A stretch of 64,000 nt of DNA from Cyanobacteriota bacterium (GTDB taxonomy: Bacteria > Cyanobacteriota > Cyanobacteriia > Thermostichales > Thermostichaceae), in contig JANRIL010000001.1 in assembly GCA_033764955.1 (NCBI GenBank), positions 32,653 through 96,652 on the forward strand, read 5' to 3'. The notes beneath the pieces were generated by a model. The model had not been told where the DNA came from. It did not search any database and was given only the letters and a program-made list of their open reading frames with translations. Of the stretch, positions 39,022 through 47,815 are shown in pieces; the stretch's first letter is position 1, and the number at the start of each line of letters is the position of its first letter. The translations under genes were made by a program, and so were the position numbers.

Positions 39022-40086
39022 TCAAAAGAGATCCGAGAGGATGGTTCTCAGATCCGCTACGGGATCCCCAAAGCAGGTCACCACGCTGCCATCACTCGAA
39101 TCAACCAGGTTGAGGCTGGCATTGCCAGAGGGTTGACTGCTATCCAAGAGAGGTACACTTAAGCCCCCTGTTCCCTGCGATACCCGTAGCAGGCTGCCTC
39201 CCCCATCAAATTGATAGGCTTCCGTCACATAGGCCGTAGGAGAACTGAGGCTACTCACCGCTGTCGAGACAGCAGGCACCTGAATTTGGGTTTGGTTGCC
39301 GCTCGTAATGCCCACCAAAATGGCGGCATTTAATTGATTACAGATGGCAACCACCAACGGCTGATCCGCCGATCCGCTGGCATTGCTGGCCGTCACGGTC
39401 ACGGTTTGTAGGGATCCCGGCTGGTAAGTTAGCGTGAAGTCCTGCGGATAAAAGCTCCCCAACTGATCGCGGGAGCTAAATTGAAGGACTCCCTCAAAAG
39501 CCAATAGGGAAGAGACATAAATTCCAAAGCGATTGGAGGCGGCGCGCGCGGGGATGTTGGTTTGTCCGGGAATATAGCCCAAAACCGCCCGTGACTGCCA
39601 ATTTTCTGTGCTGTAGGGAAGCAAAGGCCCAGCTAAGACTTGGGGCGGGCTGGTGGGGGGAGGTTCGGGAGTGCCTTCTCCATCCGAGTCAATGCCATTG
39701 CCCAAAAAAGCCACCGCCCGCGGCTCATACACGCGATTGCCCAACAAATCGGTCAGGGCATCGGCATCTTCTGGCAAGCCAAGGCTGCGGATGTAGACCG
39801 TTAAGGGTTCGGTGATCAACACATCATCACGGCTACGCCGCACATCAAATTCGATAAAAGTGCTGGGACTTCCGGTGGTCAGGGATCCCTCTACCGTGAA
39901 GTTATCGGGCAAGAGTAGCGCCAGATCTACAGGAGCTAGGGTATTGGTCTCTCCCCCGCAGGCGGATAGCACCAGCCCTCCCAGGAGATAAGCCCACCCT
40001 CTAGACAACGCAACCTGGAAGCTGAATCGATGATTACTTCTCAAGCAGCAAGATTTGGATCTCTGCCCAATTATTTGACCTGCCAT
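39022..40086 (-). CDS. Hypothetical protein, predicted lipoprotein (start uncertain)
   Basis: Long ORF with lipobox 'LVLSAC' and a beta-rich Ser/Thr-rich body. Confidence 0.65.
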   Translation of the reverse strand: MAGQIIGQRSKSCCLRSNHRFSFQVALSRGWAYLLGGLVLSACGGETNTLAPVDLALLLPDNFTVEGSLTTGSPSTFIEFDVRRSRDDVLITEPLTVYIRSLGLPEDADALTDLLGNRVYEPRAVAFLGNGIDSDGEGTPEPPPTSPPQVLAGPLLPYSTENWQSRAVLGYIPGQTNIPARAASNRFGIYVSSLLAFEGVLQFSSRDQLGSFYPQDFTLTYQPGSLQTVTVTASNASGSADQPLVVAICNQLNAAILVGITSGNQTQIQVPAVSTAVSSLSSPTAYVTEAYQFDGGGSLLRVSQGTGGLSVPLLDSSQPSGNASLNLVDSSDGSVVTCFGDPVADLRTILSDLF

Positions 40087-40190
40087 AGTCAGCTTCTCCC
40101 CTCCACACATCCTCACCTACTATAGGGCAAAGCCGGGGAATGCCAACCTCCGGGATCCCGACGGGTAGCGGTGTGAACACCCCCAAGTGG

Positions 40191-40469
40191 CTAGTAGCCG
40201 CCAGCAATAGCCGGAACGATGCTCACTTCATCCCCATCCTGCAAGGCCGTGTTAGCCCCTTCCAAAAAGCGGATGTCTTCGCTGTTGACATAGAAATTGA
40301 CAAAGCGCCGCAACTCACCGCTCTCATCACACAAGCGTGCCTTGATGCCGGGACAAGCATTCTCTAGAGAGTTCAAAAGCTCACGAATATTGTCCCCATC
40401 ACAGGAGATGACCGCCCGATCATTGGTCAACTTTTGCAGCGGAGTTGGAATCAAAACCTTAATCGCCAT
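40191..40469 (-). CDS. MoaD/ThiS-family sulfur-carrier protein ending GG-Tyr
   Basis: 'IKVLIPTPL', '[12 protein letters not shown]', '[14 protein letters not shown]'. Confidence 0.92.
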   Translation of the reverse strand: MAIKVLIPTPLQKLTNDRAVISCDGDNIRELLNSLENACPGIKARLCDESGELRRFVNFYVNSEDIRFLEGANTALQDGDEVSIVPAIAGGY

Positions 40470-40550
40470 AGCCTTAACGTACTCACCTTTACGTGCGTCA
40501 ATGTTTGTGTATTCAGGGGTTGTCCCAAAAGGGATCCGGTGCGGCATCCC

Positions 40551-41864
40551 CTAAACCGTCACCTCTTGCCAGTCTAGCCGTTCCAGGGTGCGTGCCCGGT
40601 CGAGAGCCTGCTCAAAGCTTTCGATCTTGGGGGAGATCTGAAGCGGATGACCGACATGGGGTTGAATGGCTTCCTGGGTTTTTAATCCATTGCCCGTGAT
40701 ATAGGCCACCGTGGTGGCTTCAGGATCTAGTTTTCCCGCTTCGGCTAATTGTTGCAGCACCGCGATGGTGGTGCCCCCAGCGGTCTCGGTAAAGATCCCT
40801 TCGGTTTCCGCCAGGAGCTTGATCCCAGCAATAATCTCAGGATCGGTGACCGCCGCAATCTGTCCGCCGGTTTTACGGGCAATATCGAGGGCATAGATGC
40901 CATCCGCCGGATTGCCGATGGCAATCGATTTGGCAATCGTATTGGGTTTAACCGGAGAGACAAAATCCCGACCTTCGCGGAAAGCCTGGGCGATGGGGGA
41001 GCAACCCGTGGCTTGAGCGCCGTTAAATTGAACCGGACGATCCGCCACCAAGCCCACCTTGACAAACTCCTGAAACCCCTTATAAATCTTGGTAAACAGG
41101 GATCCCGATGCCAGGGGAGCCACAATCTGATCCGGCAGTTGCCAACCCAGTTGTTCCGCCACTTCATAGGCGAGGGTTTTGGAGCCTTCCGAGTAGTAGG
41201 GGCGCAGGTTGATGTTGACAAAGCCCCAGCCATAGCGATCGGCGACTTCCGAGCAGAGACGGTTCACTTGGTCATAGTTGCCCTCCACCGCCATGACCGT
41301 GGGACTGTAGATCAGGGATCCCAACACCTTGCCTGCCTCCAGATCGGCGGGAATAAAAATGTAGCACTCCAGCCCCGCATGGGCGGCGATAGCAGCGGTT
41401 GAGTTGGCTAGGTTGCCCGTACTCGCACAAGACACCGTGGTGAATCCCAACTCCCGCGCCCGTGTTAGAGCCACCGATACCACCCGATCTTTGAAGCTGA
41501 GGGTGGGCATATTCACGGCGTCATTTTTAATATAGAGATTTTTTAACCCCAAACGCCGCCCCAGTCGTTCTGCTTTCACCAAAGGCGTTAATCCTGTCCC
41601 CACATCAATGGGCTGCTGAGAGTTGACGGGCAAGAAAGGTCGATAGCGCCAGATGGACAACGGCCCCTCTTGAATGGTTTGGCGAGTTACCGTTCGCTTG
41701 AGAAAGTCGTAGTCATAGGCAACCTCCAAAGGCCCAAAACACTGTTCGCAAACGTGAATGGCAAGCGGTTGATACTGAGCGCCGCACTCCCGACATTGCA
41801 AATGGCTAATCTGATGACCTGAAACCGAGGACAGGGAGGTGGGGCGAGAGACGGCTTGAGTCAT
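40551..41864 (-). CDS. Threonine-synthase-like PLP enzyme with N-terminal Zn ribbon
   Basis: CRECG..CEQCFG, 'PTLSFKDR' (PLP Lys), 'CASTGNLA', 'NINLRPYYSEGSKT'. Confidence 0.9.
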   Translation of the reverse strand: MTQAVSRPTSLSSVSGHQISHLQCRECGAQYQPLAIHVCEQCFGPLEVAYDYDFLKRTVTRQTIQEGPLSIWRYRPFLPVNSQQPIDVGTGLTPLVKAERLGRRLGLKNLYIKNDAVNMPTLSFKDRVVSVALTRARELGFTTVSCASTGNLANSTAAIAAHAGLECYIFIPADLEAGKVLGSLIYSPTVMAVEGNYDQVNRLCSEVADRYGWGFVNINLRPYYSEGSKTLAYEVAEQLGWQLPDQIVAPLASGSLFTKIYKGFQEFVKVGLVADRPVQFNGAQATGCSPIAQAFREGRDFVSPVKPNTIAKSIAIGNPADGIYALDIARKTGGQIAAVTDPEIIAGIKLLAETEGIFTETAGGTTIAVLQQLAEAGKLDPEATTVAYITGNGLKTQEAIQPHVGHPLQISPKIESFEQALDRARTLERLDWQEVTV

Positions 41865-41972
41865 AAAATTGGGGAAATTTTGGGTGGGAGAAGGGATCCA
41901 CGGAATCTACTGAATCGCAAGGCAGGATAAAGCCTAGCCGCAAAAAGAAGATTTAACTTGTAGTCTTGCCGG

Positions 41973-42032
41973 ATAGTAACACCCCACTCCTGTCCTGTCA
42001 AACAATCCCGACTATTTTTATCGGGATTGTTT
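41973..42032 (-). promoter_or_regulatory. Sigma70-type promoter with an abutting palindromic operator
   Basis: Minus strand TTGACA (42001-41996)-N17-TACTAT (41978-41973) with extended TG. Inverted repeat AAACAATCCCGA-N9-TCGGGATTGTTT at 42000-42032. Confidence 0.75.
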
Positions 42033-42115
42033 TTTCCTGCTAGATAAGAGATTCAGCCTTCTTGGGGAGATAAGGGTGCCAATTCCTGTTGGGGAGTAAT
42101 CATTAAAAAATGCAA

Positions 42116-42143
42116 CAAAAAAGACCCCCCAGCGGAGAGTCTC
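42116..42143 (-). terminator. Rho-independent terminator of 6S RNA
   Basis: Minus strand AGACTCTCC-GCT-GGGGGGTCT-TTTTTT. Confidence 0.8.
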
Positions 42144-42146
42144 TTT

Positions 42147-42349
42147 GGTATCCCATTGCGCCGTTTTACCTTAGTTTTCGACCTGGAGGTTCCAGAATAG
42201 AGTCTCGGCTGAGAAGACGATAGCGTCCAGGTTGTTACGTCGGGTTAGGACATCCAGGCTTGCTGCTCGTTCTCAAAACTCCTGACTCTTGGCGTCGAAA
42301 GGTATAGATCAGAAAAACATAAAGGCAGGCACCAACGCCGCAGGATATC
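42147..42349 (-). ncRNA. ssaA: 6S RNA (cyanobacterial 6Sa/SsaA)
   Basis: Minus strand has complementary ends (GATATCCTGCGGCGTTG...CGGCGCAATGGGATACC) and the conserved cyanobacterial 6S segment GGAACCTCCAGGTCGAAA...GTAAAACGGCG; terminator follows. Ends approximate. Confidence 0.85.
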
Positions 42350-42525
42350 TCCCCATCATAGCTCAGGCCAGCCAATCCGCAGAGGTGGCGCGGAAAGGAT
42401 CTAGGACATAGGGATCCCACTACCCCTGCCTGGTCTGGATCCCCATGACTGAACTCTAGGAGCCTCGAATCCTCATAGCCAACCTGTTGATAGTCTGGTG
42501 GATTGGATTGGTGATGTTACTGGAG

Positions 42526-43557
42526 CTACTGATTTTGATCCCACGGACTCAAGCGATAGTTTCTAGGGGTTTGTCCGGTCCAGCGCTTGAAGGCGCGATG
42601 GAAGGCACTCGGTTCCGAGAATCCCAGAAAAAAAGCAATATCATGAACAGAAGTTTCCGGATTCTTCAAAGATTGAAGAGCTAGTTCCCTACGTGTTGCG
42701 TCTAGCAACTGTTGGTAAGTGGTGGATTCAGTTTGGAGATCTCGTTGGAGTTGACGGACGCTCGTCATCAGAGTACGGGCAACCGCCGCAATAGTGGGTC
42801 CTTCTGTCTGTAAGACCTGGGTGATGGCCGCTATCACTGTTTGAGAATATTTATGGGACTGGGTTTGAGCCATCAGCATCCCAGTCGCGTGGGCTTCAAA
42901 CACCGAAAGCAACTTGGAATTGGCTGATCGCACTGACCAATTTAGACAATCGGCACTCAAAATAATACGGTTAGCAGGTTGGGAAAATTGCACCTTGGTG
43001 TGAAAAATGCGTTCATGCTCCGACACATCAGCCGGACAAGGATGTTGAAACCACACGACTTGAGCGTCGAGGGTATGGCTCGTCAATTGCTGAGTGGCCG
43101 TAAATAGCGCTGCAAACGTACTTTCAATCGGATGGCGAGGTTCATCCAATAGATAATTTTTGCAGCCGCCGACAATATTGCAATCACAGTAAACTCTACC
43201 ATCAGTGATGTGGTGATGAAGGGTGATGCCACGGCTAAATAGTTGTGTGTATTGGCACAACTTTTCAAGCACCTGCCCGTAAGTTTTACAACTGAGCAGG
43301 ACATAACCGACAACGCCAATGGCAGCCAAGTCAAAGGCTTCGCCAATGTGTAATCCAAGATCCCGATCCCCGGTTTGTGCCACTGCCTCACGCCATAGCT
43401 TTTGCAGAACTTCGCCCACCACCTGGCGATCAGGATCTTCTAGCCAAACCGGATCAATTTCTGCGACTCGATATAAAGCAGAGGCTTCGACCCCTTGAGC
43501 CACCACATACTGCACGATATCTCGCACAATCACAACGGAAAATGTAGCCTCTTGCAT
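42526..43557 (-). CDS. AraC-family transcriptional regulator (Arabinose_bd_2/OruR type)
   Basis: 'GLHIGE..D...GVVGY', C-terminal 'IAFFLGFSEPSAFHRAFKRWTGQTP'. Confidence 0.92.
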   Translation of the reverse strand: MQEATFSVVIVRDIVQYVVAQGVEASALYRVAEIDPVWLEDPDRQVVGEVLQKLWREAVAQTGDRDLGLHIGEAFDLAAIGVVGYVLLSCKTYGQVLEKLCQYTQLFSRGITLHHHITDGRVYCDCNIVGGCKNYLLDEPRHPIESTFAALFTATQQLTSHTLDAQVVWFQHPCPADVSEHERIFHTKVQFSQPANRIILSADCLNWSVRSANSKLLSVFEAHATGMLMAQTQSHKYSQTVIAAITQVLQTEGPTIAAVARTLMTSVRQLQRDLQTESTTYQQLLDATRRELALQSLKNPETSVHDIAFFLGFSEPSAFHRAFKRWTGQTPRNYRLSPWDQNQ

Positions 43558-43570
43558 AGTCGATTTTAGG

Positions 43571-43609
43571 TTGGCACCATGGGTCAATTTTGGGGCGTGG
43601 CGGGTCAAT
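43571..43609 (+). promoter_or_regulatory. Tandem direct repeats, putative AraC binding half-sites
   Basis: TTGGCACCATGGGTCAAT and GGGGCGTGGCGGGTCAAT at a 21-bp period. Confidence 0.6.
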
Positions 43610-43891
43610 CGGCTTCCCCATCCAAAAGCTTACTGTTGAATCACCAAATCCACCCCGCCGATGCCACAGAAAACAGTCCGTCTACCGGCTTTGAGCAGCT
43701 TATTCGAGGGTTTTAGGGTCTATAGAACAAGCTCTAATCAACACGCGGGCAGGGATCCCTGGTCGGATCCGGACGGAAACTTCTTTGCTGAAGTACCAAC
43801 TACAAGCGGAAGGCAGGCTGAAATCAATGAACCGACGCTATGCAATTATCCACACAGCTTAGGATCCCTCACTCTGGAGAAATATTTCTGA

Positions 43892-44641
43892 ATGTCAAAC
43901 CCTTTACACCTGCTGCGGACAACGGGCATTCTGCTCATTTTGCTCGTTATCGTGTCGAATATTCCATATATTTTGCTGATTCAAACCTTCGGGTACGACG
44001 ACATTCTGCGCGAACCTGTGGATGTGGTGCTAACAAGGTTTCAGGCAGGGGGATCCGGACTAATTTTCACCTGGTTTGTTTTTGGGCTGGCCGCATTGCT
44101 ACTAATACCGACAAGTTTTTTGTTGCACTCGGTGATGGTGCTTACCGCAACCCGTAATCAGTCCCCTTTCCTGCTGGCAGCAACACTGATGGGAGCACTG
44201 TCAGGCATTTTGCAAGCAATTGGGCTAATGCGGTGGGTATTTGTGGTGCCGATCCTTGCCCGTCTCTACACCGATCCGCAGACCACGGCTACGACTCGTG
44301 AAGCGGTGGGCATAGTTTATCAGGTGGTGCATCAGTATGGTGGGGTGGTCATCGGTGAGCACTTGGGGCAAACTCTGCTGATGGGATGGACTTTGGGCCT
44401 TGCTTGGGCGATGCGATCTTCATCTCTCTTCAAATCTTGGGTTGCTTGGTGGGGGCTGTCTACAACACCTCTGCTGCTACTGGGGCAAAGTGAGTTGTTG
44501 GCCACTGTCATTACTGGGATCCCGGTTGTAGAAGCCACTCCCATTGGGTTCATCCTCTGGGAGATCTGGTTGCTGGTCGTTGGTATTTTTTTGCTGCTCG
44601 TGTCCTCGAAACAGTTGATTCTAAAGTCAAATCAAATGTAA
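43892..44641 (+). CDS. DUF4386-family membrane protein
   Basis: 'FGYDDILREP', 'GLMRWVFVVP', 'HQYGGVVIGEHLG'. Confidence 0.8.
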   Translation: MSNPLHLLRTTGILLILLVIVSNIPYILLIQTFGYDDILREPVDVVLTRFQAGGSGLIFTWFVFGLAALLLIPTSFLLHSVMVLTATRNQSPFLLAATLMGALSGILQAIGLMRWVFVVPILARLYTDPQTTATTREAVGIVYQVVHQYGGVVIGEHLGQTLLMGWTLGLAWAMRSSSLFKSWVAWWGLSTTPLLLLGQSELLATVITGIPVVEATPIGFILWEIWLLVVGIFLLLVSSKQLILKSNQM

Positions 44642-44664
44642 TAGAACTAGGAGTAAGTAAAGCG

Positions 44665-45306
44665 ATGAAACCATTCCGTGCCTTTCTGAGTAAGCAACTG
44701 GGATCCCCATCCGGCTGGTTTGGACGATTGCTTTTGCGACTACTCAATCGCAATAATGCAGCCATGAATAACCTGGTTTTGCAAGAAATACAGTTGCAAT
44801 CGGGGGAACGAGTCCTCGAAATTGGATTTGGGGGTGGGGATCTAATTCACAGAATTGTGAAGACGGGTCTATCGTCCTTGATCGTAGGAATAGAGCGATC
44901 ACCCGATGCTCTAAAAATTTGTCAAAGACGATTTCAGCCATTCATTCGTCAAGGAAAAATTGAACTTCATTTAGCGGACGCGGCAACTTTGCCCTTTCCT
45001 GATCACTACTTTAGTCAAGTATGTACGGTCAACACCCTCTATTTTTGGCCAGATGCGCCACAAGTATTTGCTGAAGCTCATCGAGTGCTGAACCTGGGTG
45101 GAAAACTGCTGGTTGGCTATGCTTCAAAAGCCTACTTAGACCAACAAAAATTTTCTCAGCATGGCTTTGCAACCTATGACGTGAGTGAAGTTGAAATGAT
45201 GGTAGAGATGGCTGGGTTTGCCAGCATCAGTACGGTTTCTGGTCAAAGCAATCACCATCAGGAGTTCTTCTGCACGTCGGGGATAGCGGTTTCCTCCAAG
45301 AAATAA
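44665..45306 (+). CDS. Class I SAM-dependent methyltransferase
   Basis: 'VLEIGFGGG', 'LPFPD..F..V.TVNTLYFW', 'RVLNLGG'. Confidence 0.9.
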   Translation: MKPFRAFLSKQLGSPSGWFGRLLLRLLNRNNAAMNNLVLQEIQLQSGERVLEIGFGGGDLIHRIVKTGLSSLIVGIERSPDALKICQRRFQPFIRQGKIELHLADAATLPFPDHYFSQVCTVNTLYFWPDAPQVFAEAHRVLNLGGKLLVGYASKAYLDQQKFSQHGFATYDVSEVEMMVEMAGFASISTVSGQSNHHQEFFCTSGIAVSSKK

Positions 45307-45379
45307 GATTTTGTTGATGTCCTAACAGCAGGCGAAGGGGGCATAAATAAGGCAAGGGATGAACCCCAACCATTATCTG

Positions 45380-45985
45380 TCAGGCAGAAGATGAGGGGGT
45401 AGGGCAAATATCCAGAGCATTAAAGCGGTTCATAGCCGTGGAGAGATCCTGTTGGATGAGGGTTTCCACCGCTTCCGCCGCCACCCTTAGAACTTGACTC
45501 CAACAGGGCTGCTCCTTCTCACTAAAACCGCCCAAAACATGCCCGACGACATCTTTTTCACCTTTGGGTTGCCCGACCCCAATCCGCAAACGGGGAAATT
45601 CTTGGGTTCCTAAATGCTGAATCAGGGATTTGATGCCGTTGTGTCCACCCGATGAACCATTGGCCCGCAGCCGGATCCGCCCCAACGGAAGATCCATATC
45701 GTCATAAATCACCAGTACCTGATCCGCCGAAATTTTGTACCAATCTACAACGGTTCGCACCGATTCCCCTGACAAATTCATGTAGGTTTCGGGCAAGAGG
45801 AGGCGCTGCTTAGCCTGGAGTGCTACCCCCTCCCCCCAGCGCCCACGGAACCGCTTTTCCAATCGTAGTGGGATCCCCCAGCGATCAGCGAGATATTCCA
45901 AGACCATAAACCCGCAATTGTGGCGAGTGTTTTGGTATTGACGGCCAGGATTGCCCAACCCGACGATCAGATGGATCCCGCTCAT
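45380..45985 (-). CDS. pth: Peptidyl-tRNA hydrolase
   Basis: 'LIVGLGNPG..Y..TRHN', 'TYMNLSG', 'GGHNGIKS', 'RLRIGVG'. Confidence 0.97.
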   Translation of the reverse strand: MSGIHLIVGLGNPGRQYQNTRHNCGFMVLEYLADRWGIPLRLEKRFRGRWGEGVALQAKQRLLLPETYMNLSGESVRTVVDWYKISADQVLVIYDDMDLPLGRIRLRANGSSGGHNGIKSLIQHLGTQEFPRLRIGVGQPKGEKDVVGHVLGGFSEKEQPCWSQVLRVAAEAVETLIQQDLSTAMNRFNALDICPTPSSSA

Positions 45986-46020
45986 GACAAAAAGTTGCTG
46001 CTTGTGTTCGTTAAGGTACT

Positions 46021-46143
46021 TTAATGGGCTGAGCCATTGCCATGATAGTTATCGGTGTTGTAAAAGCCGTTACGAGTCCCGAAATAGAGCGCCCCCAGCG
46101 AAACCGCCACCGTAATCACCACCAAAACAATCTTAAACAGCAC
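46021..46143 (-). CDS. ndhP: NDH-1L small subunit NdhP
   Basis: GTG start; MLFKIVLVVITVAVSLGALYFGTRNGFYNTDNYHGNGSAH with the diagnostic C-terminus (below the ORF-track cutoff). Confidence 0.93.
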   Translation of the reverse strand: MLFKIVLVVITVAVSLGALYFGTRNGFYNTDNYHGNGSAH

Positions 46144-46357
46144 GGGATCCCCCTTCTCGTTGTTCTTACTCTTGTCTTCTTGATAGATTTATGGATGGTT
46201 GACTGAGCTTTTAGCCATCTGATGACAAGCCTTCGTAAAAAGCCTTAGCCAAAAGCGTCAGTCAAAAGCGTTGAGGCTCAGAACCACCCGTCTTTGCCGC
46301 CGCTATCTTAACAGATTTGAGTCGCTACACTAAGTAAGAATGCTCTGTAGGGATCCC

Positions 46358-46912
46358 ATGCCTGGAATTGATGAGAGTCGGGCTTTTTTATCCGTGCAAA
46401 TTGCTGTGTTGACGATTTCCGATAGTCGTCGTTTCGCTGAAGATCGCTCCGGTCAAACCTTGGTAGACCGTCTCACGCAGGCAGGACATCGATTAGCCGC
46501 ACGGGCGGTGGTGCAGGATGAAGAGGTGGCGATTGTGCATCAACTGCAAGAGTGGTTGAAGGATCCGCAGGTGGATGTGGTGATTGCCACGGGTGGAACA
46601 GGGGTGACGGGGCGAGATGTCACGCCGGAAGCCTTTCGGCAACTTTTTGAAAAAGAGATCCCAGGATTTGGAGAACTGTTTCGGCAGATCAGTTTTCCGA
46701 AAATCGGCACCGCTAGCCTGCAATCGCGGGCAACGGCAGGAGTGGCTCAAGGCAAGTATTTATTTGCCCTGCCGGGATCCCCTAGTGCCTGTCAGGATGC
46801 CTGGGATGAAATTTTACGCTGGCAACTCGACAGCCGCTATCGCCCTTGCAATTTGGTGGACTTAATGCCGAGGTTGCAAGAACACCAAAAAACGGTGGGG
46901 CACCTCCATTAG
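46358..46912 (+). CDS. moaB: Molybdenum cofactor biosynthesis protein B
   Basis: 'IAVLTISD', 'TGGTGVTGRDVTPE', 'LPGSP', 'RPCNLV'. Confidence 0.93.
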   Translation: MPGIDESRAFLSVQIAVLTISDSRRFAEDRSGQTLVDRLTQAGHRLAARAVVQDEEVAIVHQLQEWLKDPQVDVVIATGGTGVTGRDVTPEAFRQLFEKEIPGFGELFRQISFPKIGTASLQSRATAGVAQGKYLFALPGSPSACQDAWDEILRWQLDSRYRPCNLVDLMPRLQEHQKTVGHLH

Positions 46913-47815
46913 GTCATGTTTATCTTTAGTAAAATCAGTATAGACTGTCTATAAATATAAATGATGAGCCTACTGGTTTTAGATGATTACAAATGGCAGA
47001 AGATATTGGCTTTTCTGCGAACAGAAGATAAAGTGAACATTGGCAAGGAAAAAGGATGCAAACAGTTTATTGAGGCTGTCTTATGGATGTCTCGTTCTGG
47101 CTCTCCTTGGCGCTATCTTCCCAAAGAGTATGGCAAATGGTACACGATTTATCAAAGCTCCCATAGATGGAGTCGTTTTGGGGTTTGGGAACGCATGTTC
47201 AAGCACTTTATTAAAGATCCCGATTTAGGGCATGTGATTATTGACTTAACAACAGTTCGTGCTCACTCCTGTGCAGCAGAAAAAAAGGGGAGCAGACCCT
47301 AGGAAGAAGCCTAGGGGGATATAGCAGCAAGACTCATGGGAGTCTGGATGGGTTGGGGAACCCGCTAGTTTTTAGAATCATTGGTGGGGAAAGGCACAAT
47401 ATTACCCAAGCAGAGAAATGGATAGATGAGTGGCAAGAGGAAACCACAAAGGTTATTGGAGATAAAGGGTATAATTCCAATAAATTGATTGGGCAGATAG
47501 GGGAAACTCAGGCAATCATTCCATCTAAAAAGGATAGAAAGATAGAGCGAGCTTATGACAAGCACTTATACAGCGAGAGGCATTTGATAGAATGCTTTTT
47601 CCATAAGCTGAAGCAGTATCGACATCTATTTTCTGGCTTTGGCAAGTTGGCAAGGAACTTCTTGAGCTTTCTCTATTCTTTCGGTAGTCCCTTCTGGCTC
47701 AAATATAGTCATTCCCAATAAGAATGCGGCCACCTAAATCTTCATATCCAAGCTTTGAGAGATTTTGGGTTTCTCAAACTAAATTGGAACGACTATATGA
47801 AAGATCAACAAAACC
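46912..47815 (+). mobile_element. IS5-family insertion sequence (two-ORF type) with TA target duplication
   Basis: Left TIR GGTCATGTTTATCTTT (46912-46927), right TIR AAAGATCAACAAAACC (47800-47815). TA at 46910-46911 and 47816-47817. Confidence 0.88.
46961..47721 (+). CDS. IS5-family transposase, orfA/orfB joined by a -1 frameshift
   Basis: orfA 'PWRYLPKEYGKW.TIY'; slippery AAAAAAAGGGG at ~47280-47290; the -1 frame continues KKGEQTLGRSLGGYSSKTH...GDKGY...ERHLIECFFHKLKQYR. Confidence 0.85.

Noticed and set aside
43661..43891. 76-aa ORF upstream of the DUF4386 gene
   Set aside because: No recognisable motifs or RBS; may be a remnant or spurious.
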